Shown piece after piece: positions 28,718 through 36,632 of a stretch of DNA of 64,000 bases (the stretch's first letter is position 1; each line of letters starts with the position of its first letter). The stretch is taken from assembly GCA_934793215.1 (NCBI GenBank), contig CAKVOP010000001.1, positions 239,447-303,446 of the forward strand, written 5' to 3'. A program made the translations under genes and the position numbers. The notes under the pieces were generated by a model. The model saw only the letters and a list, made by a program, of their open reading frames with translations. It was not told the origin of the DNA and ran no database searches. This DNA comes from an uncultured Clostridia bacterium (GTDB lineage Bacteria > Bacillota > Clostridia > Christensenellales > UBA1242).

Positions 28718-29148
28718 ATGGATAAATGGCAAAAAGAGATGATTGAGAGAAATAAAGAAGTTCAAGCGTAAACAGAGAAAATAAACAATGAAGTTTTAAA
28801 AATTCCAGCATATTTAACTGAGGAAGAGAAATGTGCTTATGAAGAAATTGTAAAAACATTGAAAGAAAGTATTAGTTATATAGACTATCACATAGCGATG
28901 CCGAACTCATTTGGCAATATTGTCAAATTAAGATAATGCGAGATAGAGCTTGGCGAGAATACAATAAAAATCCGGATAGATACATTAGAATTGTTACTGG
29001 CATTTGTAGTGATGGTAAAACTCCAAAAGTCATGGTTAAAAAAAATGAACATTATAAAACTTTGGTTGATTGCAATAAACAACTTGAAAAGATATTGAAA
29101 GATTTAAGACTAACACCTCATATTTTAGTTTTGCAAGAGATTTTGTAA
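28718..29148 (+). pseudogene. Phage small terminase subunit (P27 family), disrupted
   Basis: ATG 28718 with AAAGGAG RBS. In-frame TAA at 28769-28771. A frame change near 28880-28895 leads into ...SDAELIWQYCQIKIMRDRAWREYNKNP...GKTPKVMVKKNEHYKTLVDCNKQLEKILKDLRLTP, the characteristic P27 TerS C-terminal pattern (...LGLTP). Confidence 0.55.
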
Positions 29149-29183
29149 ACAACACAATTCCAGTTAGAAAGTTAAGCCAAGCT

Positions 29184-29426
29184 ATGGAATTAGGTCAACT
29201 TGGAAAGCAAGTTGTAATAGTTAGCGAACTTGCATTTAGTAAACTTCATTTTGAAGGTTTTGAAACTGCTGACAGATTGGAATACTTTACAAAAAGAAAA
29301 GCAAGAGATGAAAAGGCACGAGAAGATTATTTGAAAGGCACGATAAAGTCTGCGACACTCACTAATGACATATTTGTAGTGGATATTATGAGAAAGGGGT
29401 TAAAAGATGGCGATTCAATCATATAA
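29184..29426 (+). CDS. Small hypothetical protein (80 aa)
   Basis: ORF overlapping the next gene by 20 nt. Weak RBS, no family recognised. Confidence 0.4.
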   Translation: MELGQLGKQVVIVSELAFSKLHFEGFETADRLEYFTKRKARDEKAREDYLKGTIKSATLTNDIFVVDIMRKGLKDGDSII

Positions 29427-30027
29427 CAATTTATATTTACCAAATCTATCCGAAAATTTGGGTGTAATGTTTGAGCATGCTGTGGATATTGGAATAAACC
29501 CTACAATTTTTTGGAATACATTTGTCAATTCCAACGTTGCAAAACAAATTGAAAAAGGAAATCCAAAGTATCTTACCTGCTCCGCATTAGATTATTTGAA
29601 TGAGATTTATAATGGAAAAAAATCTATTCCAAATAAAGAAGACATTAATAAAGATAAATATTATTGGGCTGGCTGGGTTTTGGCACAATTCCAACACAAA
29701 AAAGGATATTCTTTCTATAAGATAAATAATTCATTGCCTATTGAAGAAGTTTTAAGACTATATCCAACCTTGCACGAAGCTGATGTAACCAAGTTTTTTG
29801 ATGTGGCAAACACATATTTCAAAAAGTCTGAAATCACCAACCTAAAAAAAATAAGACAAGCACGAGGCTTATCTCAAAGCAAACTTGCAGATCTAGCAGA
29901 AGTTGAACTTCGCTCTATTCAAATGTATGAACAACGAAGAAACGACATAAACAAAGCACAAGTTGAAACCCTTTACAAACTAGCAAGAGTTTTGGGTTGT
30001 AATATCGAAGATTTGCTAGAAAATTAA
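29407..30027 (+). CDS. Two-domain protein: unknown N-terminal domain plus C-terminal XRE-type HTH
   Basis: 206 aa. C-terminal LKKIRQARGLSQSKLADLAEVELRSIQMYEQRRNDINKAQVETLYKLARVLGCNIEDLL is a canonical HTH_3 domain. The N-terminal 140 aa (YWAGWVLAQFQHKKGYSFYKI...LYPTLHEADVTKF) is unassigned. Confidence 0.7.
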   Translation: MAIQSYNNLYLPNLSENLGVMFEHAVDIGINPTIFWNTFVNSNVAKQIEKGNPKYLTCSALDYLNEIYNGKKSIPNKEDINKDKYYWAGWVLAQFQHKKGYSFYKINNSLPIEEVLRLYPTLHEADVTKFFDVANTYFKKSEITNLKKIRQARGLSQSKLADLAEVELRSIQMYEQRRNDINKAQVETLYKLARVLGCNIEDLLEN

Positions 30028-30080
30028 AGAATAAAACAAAAATAGCACTAGGAACAAAACCTAATGCTATTTTTTTGTGA

Positions 30081-30314
30081 TTAATCATCTAAATTGTCAA
30101 ATAATGGACTATCAAAAAAGTCTTTTAAAGTTATGCCTAAACCATCACATAAATATTGGATTGTTGCGAGTTTTGGATTTTGACTTCTTCCAGAAAATAT
30201 ACTATTTAATGTTGATTGAATAATGCCTGACATTGTGCAAAGTTTGTTTGGTGTTATATCTCTTTCATTGCAATATTCCAAAATTCTTTTGCCAACCGCT
30301 TCGTGTAATTTCAT
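30081..30314 (-). CDS. XRE-family (Cro/CI-type) transcriptional regulator
   Basis: 77 aa. ILEYCNERDITPNKLCTMSGIIQSTLNSIFSGRSQNPKLATIQYLCDGLGITLKDFF. Confidence 0.85.
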   Translation of the reverse strand: MKLHEAVGKRILEYCNERDITPNKLCTMSGIIQSTLNSIFSGRSQNPKLATIQYLCDGLGITLKDFFDSPLFDNLDD

Positions 30315-30380
30315 AACTTAATTTTCTCCTAAATCTTGTTAATGTATTCACGATAATTTTAGCAATTAGTAAAAAATAAT

Positions 30381-30453
30381 GTTGTGAATGCATGCACAAG
30401 TTGTGAATGTGTTGACAATTATTTAAATTCTATCTATAATTAGGGTTGTGAAT
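30381..30453 (+). promoter_or_regulatory. Consensus promoter flanked by three GTTGTGAAT direct repeats (candidate operators)
   Basis: GTTGTGAAT occurs at 30381-30389, 30400-30408 and 30445-30453. TTGACA (30412-30417), 17-nt spacer, TATAAT (30435-30440). The third repeat contains the GTG start at 30448, only 7 nt after the -10 box. Confidence 0.6.
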
Positions 30454-30932
30454 ACATCGTTAATTTATGAAAAATCATGTTCTGTTTTTGGACACAGCAA
30501 AATAGAAATTACAGAAAACCTAAAAGAAAAATTAACACTAACATTTGAAAACCTTATCGCAAAAGAAAATGTTAAGCATTTTTATTTTGGTGGTTTTGGT
30601 GAATTTGATGATTTTTGCTGGCAAGTTATAACCAAGTTAAGAGAAAAATATGTAGATATTAAGCGTATTTTTTGTTTGTCTGACCCAAGACATTTAAGGT
30701 TAAGAAACGCCCAAAGTGGATGAATGATGGGAATTATGAAGAAATCACATATTTAGATTTGGACTTTGATTACTACTACACTCGCATTTACTTTCGTAAC
30801 TGTGAGATAATCAATCGTAGTGATTTTGTTGTATTCTATGTAAACCATACCGGACGAAGTGGGGCATATAAAACACTGCAATATGCAATAAAAAAGAAAA
30901 AACAAATAATAAATATTTGCGATACAAGTTAA
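30448..30932 (+). pseudogene. SLOG/DUF1273 (YpsA/YoqJ-like) family gene split by a frameshift
   Basis: ORFs 30448-30723 and 30720-30932 join into CSVFGHSKIE...HFYFGGFGEFDDFCWQVITKLREKY..IKRIFCLSDP...|...YYTRIYFRNCEIINRSDFVVFYVNHTGRSGAYKTLQYAIKKKKQIINI. This is the SLOG layout (GH..., GG.G.D, R..., G...A). Both frames are open across 30684-30720. Confidence 0.55.
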
Positions 30933-31040
30933 CTGCATTCAAAAATCTTGCCAAATTCTAGTGGGCCTCACCATGTTTTTTTGCAATTTTATTGATTATT
31001 GCCGATGTACTTTACTTTTTATTTGTTTTGTGATAACATA

Positions 31041-31073
31041 ATTACACATTTAATACATAGATAAATGTGTAAT
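31041..31073 (+). promoter_or_regulatory. Perfect 12-nt inverted repeat just upstream of the RBS of the 968-aa lipoprotein gene
   Basis: ATTACACATTTA-(9 nt)-TAAATGTGTAAT. GGGAGGA RBS at 31081-31087. Confidence 0.5.
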
Positions 31074-31095
31074 GTAATAAGGGAGGAAAAGAAAA

Positions 31096-34002
31096 TTGAA
31101 AAAGAAATTTTATAGTATTATTCTTGCTTTTGCTTTTATTTTAACAGGAGCATTTTGTTTAACAGCTTGTGGAGAAAATTCTTCTCCAACAAAAACTTTA
31201 ACTAGTATTACAAGTAATGTCATTTCACATAGTCATTATGATGGCTCTCAGTTTAATTATACCTATGGTGAAACAATACAAATTTCAAAAAGTGATTTTA
31301 CGGTAATTGCTCATTATTCAGATAACAGTGAAACAAGTGTTTCAGATTTTACTTTAGATACTTCAAAATTGCCAATAGGCATAGTTTCTGTAGGTACATA
31401 TGAAATATCAGTACACTATCAATCAAAAACAAATAGTTATAATGTTGTAGTTAATGAACAATCATTAGATTTAACTGCTCCAAGCTTTGAAAATCCTGTT
31501 TATACTGGTGAAGAAATAGATTTCACTTCAATTTCAGCAATCAAAACATTTATGACTGAAAATAATCTTAAAGTGGCTCAAGATAGCCAAGGTTCAATTC
31601 AAACAAATGCAGGAGATTATACTTTAAAACTTGAATCCAATAATGCTAACATTACAGGGTCTTTTGATATAAATTGGCAAATTACTAAAAAGCCAATAGT
31701 TCTTGCAGATTTTCTTGTTAGTACAGGTTTAACCCAAAACAACGAAAACAAGAATATTTATGAAGTTACTTACAATGGAAGCTCATACAATTTATCATCA
31801 CACGCTAACTATATTGTTGTTTCAAACAGCAATTCGTGCACAGACGCTGGAGATTATTATTATAATTTCACAACAGATTCAAATCACAAATTTATCACTA
31901 ATGGCAATGAATATACTACATCAAATGAAGAAGAACTATATTTAACTTTAAGAATAAATAAGATTCAATTAAATTTTAATAAGAGCGACATTGCCTTAAC
32001 ACAAAATAATTGTGCCTACACAGGCTCAGCATTTACTTTGCAAGAATTATTGGCTCCAAATGATTCATCTCTTTCGTCTTACTTTGATATCACTTTAAAT
32101 AATGGCAATTTAACTGATGTTGGAACTACAAATATTGTTTTAACAGCCAAAGAAAACATTTGCGCTAATTATAAATATAATAATGGAGATGACATTACTG
32201 GAGATGAAATTAATCTATATTTTACCATTGTGAAAGCTACTCCAAATTATAGAAACATAGACACAGCCAAAAATATCACTTTTGAGGTAAGTTATAGTGA
32301 AAATTTAACGCTTTCTTCAATTATAAATTCAGATAATTTAACACAAACTTCTGTTTCTTGGCTTCAAGAAAACTTGAACTATTCAAACTATTCAGTTTTA
32401 GAAAGTAATGGCTATGAATCTATTTCAGCAGGTACTTATACAAAAACTATTTCTTACACTCCAAATTATAACAACTACAACTCTGTAGATATTCAAGTAA
32501 CTATTGTTGTAGACAAAGTTACAATCTATGTAAACCCTTCTTGGTGTTTAGATTCATATGATTTCCCAACAACAAATTCAATTGAATATGATTTAAATCC
32601 GCACACAATCGAAATGAATACAGGTAATTATAATGTTTCAGCAACTTTAGCCACCTATTACAATCAAACATCTACAAATTACAGCTCTGAAACTGTGAGC
32701 GAAATTAAGAATGCAGGTTACTACAAAACAGTTGCAACTCTAAACTATGACAACTTTAACCCAAATTATCAAATATGTATTCAAGACTCTACTAATATTA
32801 TCACTTCAGTTGAAAAAGAATGGCAAATTACCAAAAAGACTTACACAGGCGATGGGGATGCCGATTTACAATGGGTTGGAATAAACTTCTTCAATGTTAA
32901 TGCTGGAGATGCCACAATCATTTTCGAGCCACAAGAAGCTATAGAGCTTTCTGTGTCAATAACTGGGGCTCAAAAAGATCAATTTAAAGTTTCACAAATT
33001 AATGTTCAATACAAAGCAACAAAGAATGGTGAATACGCATCAGCAAGTAATATTAAAGCAGTTGGTTACTACAAAGCAGAATGTGTAATTAGTTGTACAA
33101 CAGGAAATTATAATGTAAACATTTTAGATTATCTTTGCAAGGCTGAGTTTGAAATTATCCCATCGCAAGTTGACTGTTCAAACACAACTCTAGCTATCGA
33201 AAACAGAACTTATACAAAAACTGAGTGGTTGGGAAAATATTCTACTACAAACAATTGGTTGACAAATGTAAAAGGAATTGAGGCGTTTTGGGAAGTTTTA
33301 GATGAAAACGGCAATAGTGCAACCTATATGAAAACAAACATAGAAAATGGTGTTCCAGGTAAATACACAATAATTTTGACTAGTGCAAGCGTAAACAACA
33401 ATTATCAAAATTATGAAAATGCTACACTAATTAATGCTGAACATTTAAATCCAACAAGTTATGCTGACAAATTAAAAGTTGATGTTATTATAGTAGATGA
33501 TACTCTTGCGAAATCAGATATCAGTGGAAAAAGTTCTGTATTTGTAAATATAGCAATCATAAACGAAAACAATGTTGACACATCAAATTATTTAGAATAT
33601 TATGATATGACTAATTCAATAAAATTAGCAAATTTAGGTTATACCGACGATGGCAATGGAAACTACACACAAACAGGAACAATAGCGACTGCTATAGCAA
33701 GTGCAGACAATAACACTATATCAGGCACATGCGACTTTGGTACAGGCAGTTTTGATGAACTAATTGCAGCAGGTCAACCATATGTATACACCTATAATGA
33801 GGAAGGAGCAGATTCTATAAAAATTTATATTGCAGACAAAAATGGTGCTCCCCTAGAAGAAACTATACTTTCTGGAAATATATATGGTGGCTACCTTGTA
33901 TTAAGTATGAAGATACGAGTAGAAGAAGGCGAAGAAGGAAATACAACATTAGTTGATACTGGCCTTGTATGGCAAATCACTTTCCAAATATCAAATGCTT
34001 AA
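31096..34002 (+). CDS. Large repeat-rich surface lipoprotein (MBG-like repeat modules)
   Basis: 968 aa with a TTG start 8 nt after GGGAGGA. Lipobox FCLTACGE. At least 6 recurring modules of the form (A/V)G(D/T/Y)Y...NY...(W/F)(Q/T)I.K (for example NAGDYTLKLESNNANITGSFDINWQITKKPI and AGYYKTVATLNYDNFNPNYQI...EWQITKKTY). Asn, Thr and Tyr rich. Confidence 0.8.
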   Translation: MKKKFYSIILAFAFILTGAFCLTACGENSSPTKTLTSITSNVISHSHYDGSQFNYTYGETIQISKSDFTVIAHYSDNSETSVSDFTLDTSKLPIGIVSVGTYEISVHYQSKTNSYNVVVNEQSLDLTAPSFENPVYTGEEIDFTSISAIKTFMTENNLKVAQDSQGSIQTNAGDYTLKLESNNANITGSFDINWQITKKPIVLADFLVSTGLTQNNENKNIYEVTYNGSSYNLSSHANYIVVSNSNSCTDAGDYYYNFTTDSNHKFITNGNEYTTSNEEELYLTLRINKIQLNFNKSDIALTQNNCAYTGSAFTLQELLAPNDSSLSSYFDITLNNGNLTDVGTTNIVLTAKENICANYKYNNGDDITGDEINLYFTIVKATPNYRNIDTAKNITFEVSYSENLTLSSIINSDNLTQTSVSWLQENLNYSNYSVLESNGYESISAGTYTKTISYTPNYNNYNSVDIQVTIVVDKVTIYVNPSWCLDSYDFPTTNSIEYDLNPHTIEMNTGNYNVSATLATYYNQTSTNYSSETVSEIKNAGYYKTVATLNYDNFNPNYQICIQDSTNIITSVEKEWQITKKTYTGDGDADLQWVGINFFNVNAGDATIIFEPQEAIELSVSITGAQKDQFKVSQINVQYKATKNGEYASASNIKAVGYYKAECVISCTTGNYNVNILDYLCKAEFEIIPSQVDCSNTTLAIENRTYTKTEWLGKYSTTNNWLTNVKGIEAFWEVLDENGNSATYMKTNIENGVPGKYTIILTSASVNNNYQNYENATLINAEHLNPTSYADKLKVDVIIVDDTLAKSDISGKSSVFVNIAIINENNVDTSNYLEYYDMTNSIKLANLGYTDDGNGNYTQTGTIATAIASADNNTISGTCDFGTGSFDELIAAGQPYVYTYNEEGADSIKIYIADKNGAPLEETILSGNIYGGYLVLSMKIRVEEGEEGNTTLVDTGLVWQITFQISNA

Positions 34003-34282
34003 ATATTCTAAAAATAACGAACTTAGGAAATGAATTGCAATATTACAATATCATATTGCGTTTATCTAAAATTATTAACAGAGGCAAATATAAGCAAATA
34101 AGAAACTGTTGTTAGTATTAAAAACTTTGAAAGTGTTTTAATTAAAGCAATACTAAATTATCGAATTTTAATGAAAATATTTTTTAAAATAATTTCACTT
34201 TTTTAATTTACGGCCTTAATTCTTGTATAAAAAATGTCCTTAGATATATGAAGAGAGACAAAACTAAATAGCCTTACTCTAA

Positions 34283-34313
34283 AATAACCCAATATAAATT
34301 GGGTTATTTTTTT
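34283..34313 (+). terminator. Rho-independent terminator
   Basis: AATAACCCAAT-ataa-ATTGGGTTATT plus T-run. Confidence 0.7.
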
Positions 34314-34402
34314 GTGAAATTTTTATTAGTTTTATATCTCGATATAAATTGCGTTCAAATTTTTATAAAAAAGTAAACTTTTTTGCAATAATTTTCACTT
34401 TT

Positions 34403-34535
34403 TTATTAGACAATTTATTAGACAGTGCCATTTTTTGAGCAAAATTAAGCATTATTAGTTTTATTGAAATTGTAAATTTTTAAATTCAAAAATGTCATTT
34501 TTTAGACACTTTTACAAATTTTTTTAGACACTTTT
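34403..34535. repeat. Four TTAGACA-core direct repeats in AT-rich non-coding DNA next to tRNA-Lys
   Basis: TTATTAGACA at 34403-34412 and 34415-34424. TTTAGACACTTTT at 34501-34513 and 34523-34535. Confidence 0.6.
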
Positions 34536-34548
34536 GAAGTTTGGGCAT

Positions 34549-34608
34549 TAAAAAAACCCTTTAGTTTACGCAAGCAAAATATGTATTTTGCTTATAAATA
34601 AAGGGTTT
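34549..34608 (-). terminator. Compound terminator hairpin immediately downstream of tRNA-Lys
   Basis: On the minus strand: AAACCCTTTA...(inner AAGCAAAATA-cat-ATTTTGCTT)...TAAAGGGTTT followed by TTTTTT. Confidence 0.7.
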
Positions 34609-34611
34609 CAG

Positions 34612-34687
34612 TGGTGGACTGTCGGGGGCTCGAACCCCGGACCCCCTGATTAAGAGTCAGATGCTCTACCAACTGAGCTAACAGTCC
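34612..34687 (-). tRNA. trnK: tRNA-Lys (anticodon CUU)
   Basis: The reverse complement gives GGACTGTTAGCTCAGTTGGTAGAGCATCTGACTCTTAATCAGGGGGTCCGGGGTTCGAGCCCCCGACAGTCCACCA. Perfect acceptor and T stems, anticodon loop CTCTTAA. Confidence 0.9.
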
Positions 34688-34741
34688 ATATCGCGAAATG
34701 CACAAGTTCAGTTTTATCTCTTCAAACCTGTTACGAATGGA

Positions 34742-34770
34742 ATTATACAACATTATTCTATATTTGTCAA
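34742..34770 (-). promoter_or_regulatory. Consensus promoter for tRNA-Lys
   Basis: On the minus strand: TTGACA (34770-34765), 17-nt spacer, TATAAT (34747-34742), about 55 nt upstream of the tRNA 5' end. Confidence 0.7.
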
Positions 34771-34926
34771 CAATTTTCAATAGAAATTGTGTAAATTGGG
34801 CATGGTTTATATCTTTATTTAAAATGTAATTAAAAAGTATTCAATTAATATAGAAATGGTTATATATAGATTTGAGCACAAAAAATAGGGAGGGGTATCT
34901 CCTAAAAAAGTCGCATTAACTATTTT

Positions 34927-35115
34927 TTATTCTTCTTCTATATCGCTAGGCAAAGAAATTTCGCCATAGTTTCTTTCAAATTCATTGACATGTTTTTTTA
35001 GTATATATTCAATTTCGCGATTTTTAGTCCTGCCTTCAAAGTCTGCAATATAACCTAGTTTATATAAAAGCTCGGCTGAAACCCTCAAAGTATACCTTGG
35101 AAACTCTTTTTTCAT
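34927..35115 (-). CDS. Arc/CopG-like ribbon-helix-helix DNA-binding protein
   Basis: 62 aa. YTLRVSAELLYKLGYIADFEGRTKNREIEYILKKHV fits the beta-strand, helix, helix RHH pattern. Confidence 0.5.
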   Translation of the reverse strand: MKKEFPRYTLRVSAELLYKLGYIADFEGRTKNREIEYILKKHVNEFERNYGEISLPSDIEEE

Positions 35116-35174
35116 AAATCCTCCAAAAACACGATTTTTAATATATTAATCACAAAATATCTGTAAAATATGCT

Positions 35175-35196
35175 AAATTGCGTCAAAATTGCGTCA
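35175..35196. repeat. Perfect tandem 11-mer (AAATTGCGTCA x2) upstream of the RHH gene
   Basis: 35175-35185 and 35186-35196 are identical. On the minus strand this reads TGACGCAATTT twice and creates two TTGACG hexamers. Confidence 0.6.
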
Positions 35197-35471
35197 AAAA
35201 TACAGAAAATTATCGAATTTTGTCTTAATCCTTCAAAACTTTTGCAATATTTTGAAAAATTTTGCAAAATATTGTAAAAATAAAGCAAAATCGTTTGCGA
35301 AAAAATTTTGTTTGTGTATAATAGAGGATGTTACAAAGAGATTGTAGACGAAAATTTTGACTAGCAAGCAATCTTAAAAAGTAATTTGTTGTATTAAAAA
35401 ATATAGTGTCGTGACACTCTGCGACAGTATTCTTTGACATGGCAAAATAAAAATAGAAGGAGAGAAGAATC

Positions 35472-35945
35472 ATGCCGTTAATTGAGTTGAAAGGAAAGGA
35501 TGAAACACGAATAAGTAATAGGGGGACAAACTTTTTGGAAAAATACAAAGATTTGGACGATGAGGATATTTTTGTTGAACAAAAATTAATTGTTTACCTT
35601 TCTTATTTAAAAATTGCACCTAATTTAAGGGGGTATGCGTGCATGAAAATTTGTGTCAAACGGCTAGTAAAAGACCCACTTAAAAAACGAAATATGACTA
35701 ATGGGTTGTATAAAGAAATAAGTCAAGAATATAATATTGCGATTAACCTTATCGATAGAGCGATGAGGCATGCACTTCTTGTTAGTTTTAAAAAAGAGGG
35801 TGTTGAAGATTTTGAAAATCGTACTGGTTACACGTTTGCGTCGTCTCTACCTACACCGCGAGAGGCGGTGTGTTTGCTTGCTGAACTTGTGCGAATGGAT
35901 TTAATAGCTTTTAGAGCAAGAAAAAATATTAAAAATCTGGCATAA
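35472..35945 (+). CDS. Stand-alone Spo0A C-terminal-like DNA-binding domain protein
   Basis: 157 aa. IAPNLRGYACMKICVKRLVKDP...LYKEISQEYNIAINLIDRAMRHAL resembles the Spo0A effector-domain pattern (GY.YL..AI......LY..IA......S.VERAIRHAI). No receiver domain. Confidence 0.45.
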   Translation: MPLIELKGKDETRISNRGTNFLEKYKDLDDEDIFVEQKLIVYLSYLKIAPNLRGYACMKICVKRLVKDPLKKRNMTNGLYKEISQEYNIAINLIDRAMRHALLVSFKKEGVEDFENRTGYTFASSLPTPREAVCLLAELVRMDLIAFRARKNIKNLA

Positions 35946-35949
35946 ACGC

Positions 35950-36007
35950 TTGATTTTTTTTATTGTCTATGATAATATGGTTGCATAAAAGAACGCTTTG
36001 TTCTTTT
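35950..36007 (+). promoter_or_regulatory. lexA promoter plus palindromic candidate operator
   Basis: TTGATT (35950-35955), 17-nt spacer, TAATAT (35973-35978) with an upstream TG. Palindrome AAAAGAAC-GCTTT-GTTCTTTT at 35987-36007 (GAAC/GTTC half-sites separated by 5 nt). Confidence 0.5.
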
Positions 36008-36021
36008 ATAACGGAGAAACC

Positions 36022-36618
36022 ATGAAAATTGTAAATGAGGATCTACTCAAACAAGTTCTTGACTATATTGAAACTTATCAAATTCGTGAAGGGAAAAGCC
36101 CGACATGTCGCGATATAGCAAGAGCACTCAAAATGAATTCGTCTTCCGTTGCGCATAGGTATGTAAACCTACTTAAAATGCAAGGTTATTTAAGCAAAGA
36201 TGACGAGGGCAGAATTGAGATGAAAGAGAACTTGGCACCTTCTTCTTCCGTCATTGCCCCAATGGTGGGAACGGTGCGATGTGGTGCTCCTATTTTTGCA
36301 AGCGAAAATATTGAGGAGAGTTTTAGTCTGCCGACTGAAATTTTCGGTAAAGGGAAAATATTTTTGCTTAAAGCGGAGGGGGACAGCATGGTTGATGCTG
36401 GAATTAATGAGGGTGATATTATAGTTGTAACTCAAACTTGCACGGCAAGCGATGGTGAAATAGTTGTTGCCCTTATCGATGACAGTGCAACGGTTAAAAG
36501 ATTTTATAAAAAAAACGACCATATTGTGCTTCATCCAGAGAATAAAAAATATGACGATATTATTTGCCAAGATGTAACAATTTTGGGGGTCGTCAAACAT
36601 CTTATCCGTAAATTTTAA
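36022..36618 (+). CDS. lexA: LexA-type S24 repressor
   Basis: 198 aa from ATG 36022 (GGAG RBS). N-terminal winged HTH (CRDIARALKMNSSSVAHRYVNLLKMQGYL). S24 domain with Ser (GDSMVDAGI) and Lys (ATVKRFY). Confidence 0.85.
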   Translation: MKIVNEDLLKQVLDYIETYQIREGKSPTCRDIARALKMNSSSVAHRYVNLLKMQGYLSKDDEGRIEMKENLAPSSSVIAPMVGTVRCGAPIFASENIEESFSLPTEIFGKGKIFLLKAEGDSMVDAGINEGDIIVVTQTCTASDGEIVVALIDDSATVKRFYKKNDHIVLHPENKKYDDIICQDVTILGVVKHLIRKF

Positions 36619-36632
36619 GATTGGAGGCAAAA

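Noticed and set aside
23895-28771. Could the three in-frame TAA codons (23895, 24036, 28769) indicate stop-codon reassignment in a phage-derived region?
   Set aside because: TAA terminates neighbouring intact island genes at positions matching their paralogs or expected lengths (for example sigma paralog 3 at 25107-25109 and the 968-aa lipoprotein). The affected genes also show truncation or frameshifts. Simple pseudogenisation explains the data.
34159-35221. Identical 15-mer AAATTATCGAATTTT on both sides of tRNA-Lys (about 34159 and about 35207), considered as possible att-like direct repeats.
   Set aside because: In DNA this AT-rich, dozens of 15-mer coincidences are expected in a 64-kb window by a rough estimate. 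There is no flanking similarity and no recombinase gene.
35225-35548. 107-aa minus-strand ORF in the AT-rich region upstream of the Spo0A-C-like gene.
   Set aside because: Its phenylalanine, isoleucine and lysine-rich composition comes from translating AT-rich promoter DNA. It overlaps the start and RBS of the plus-strand gene.
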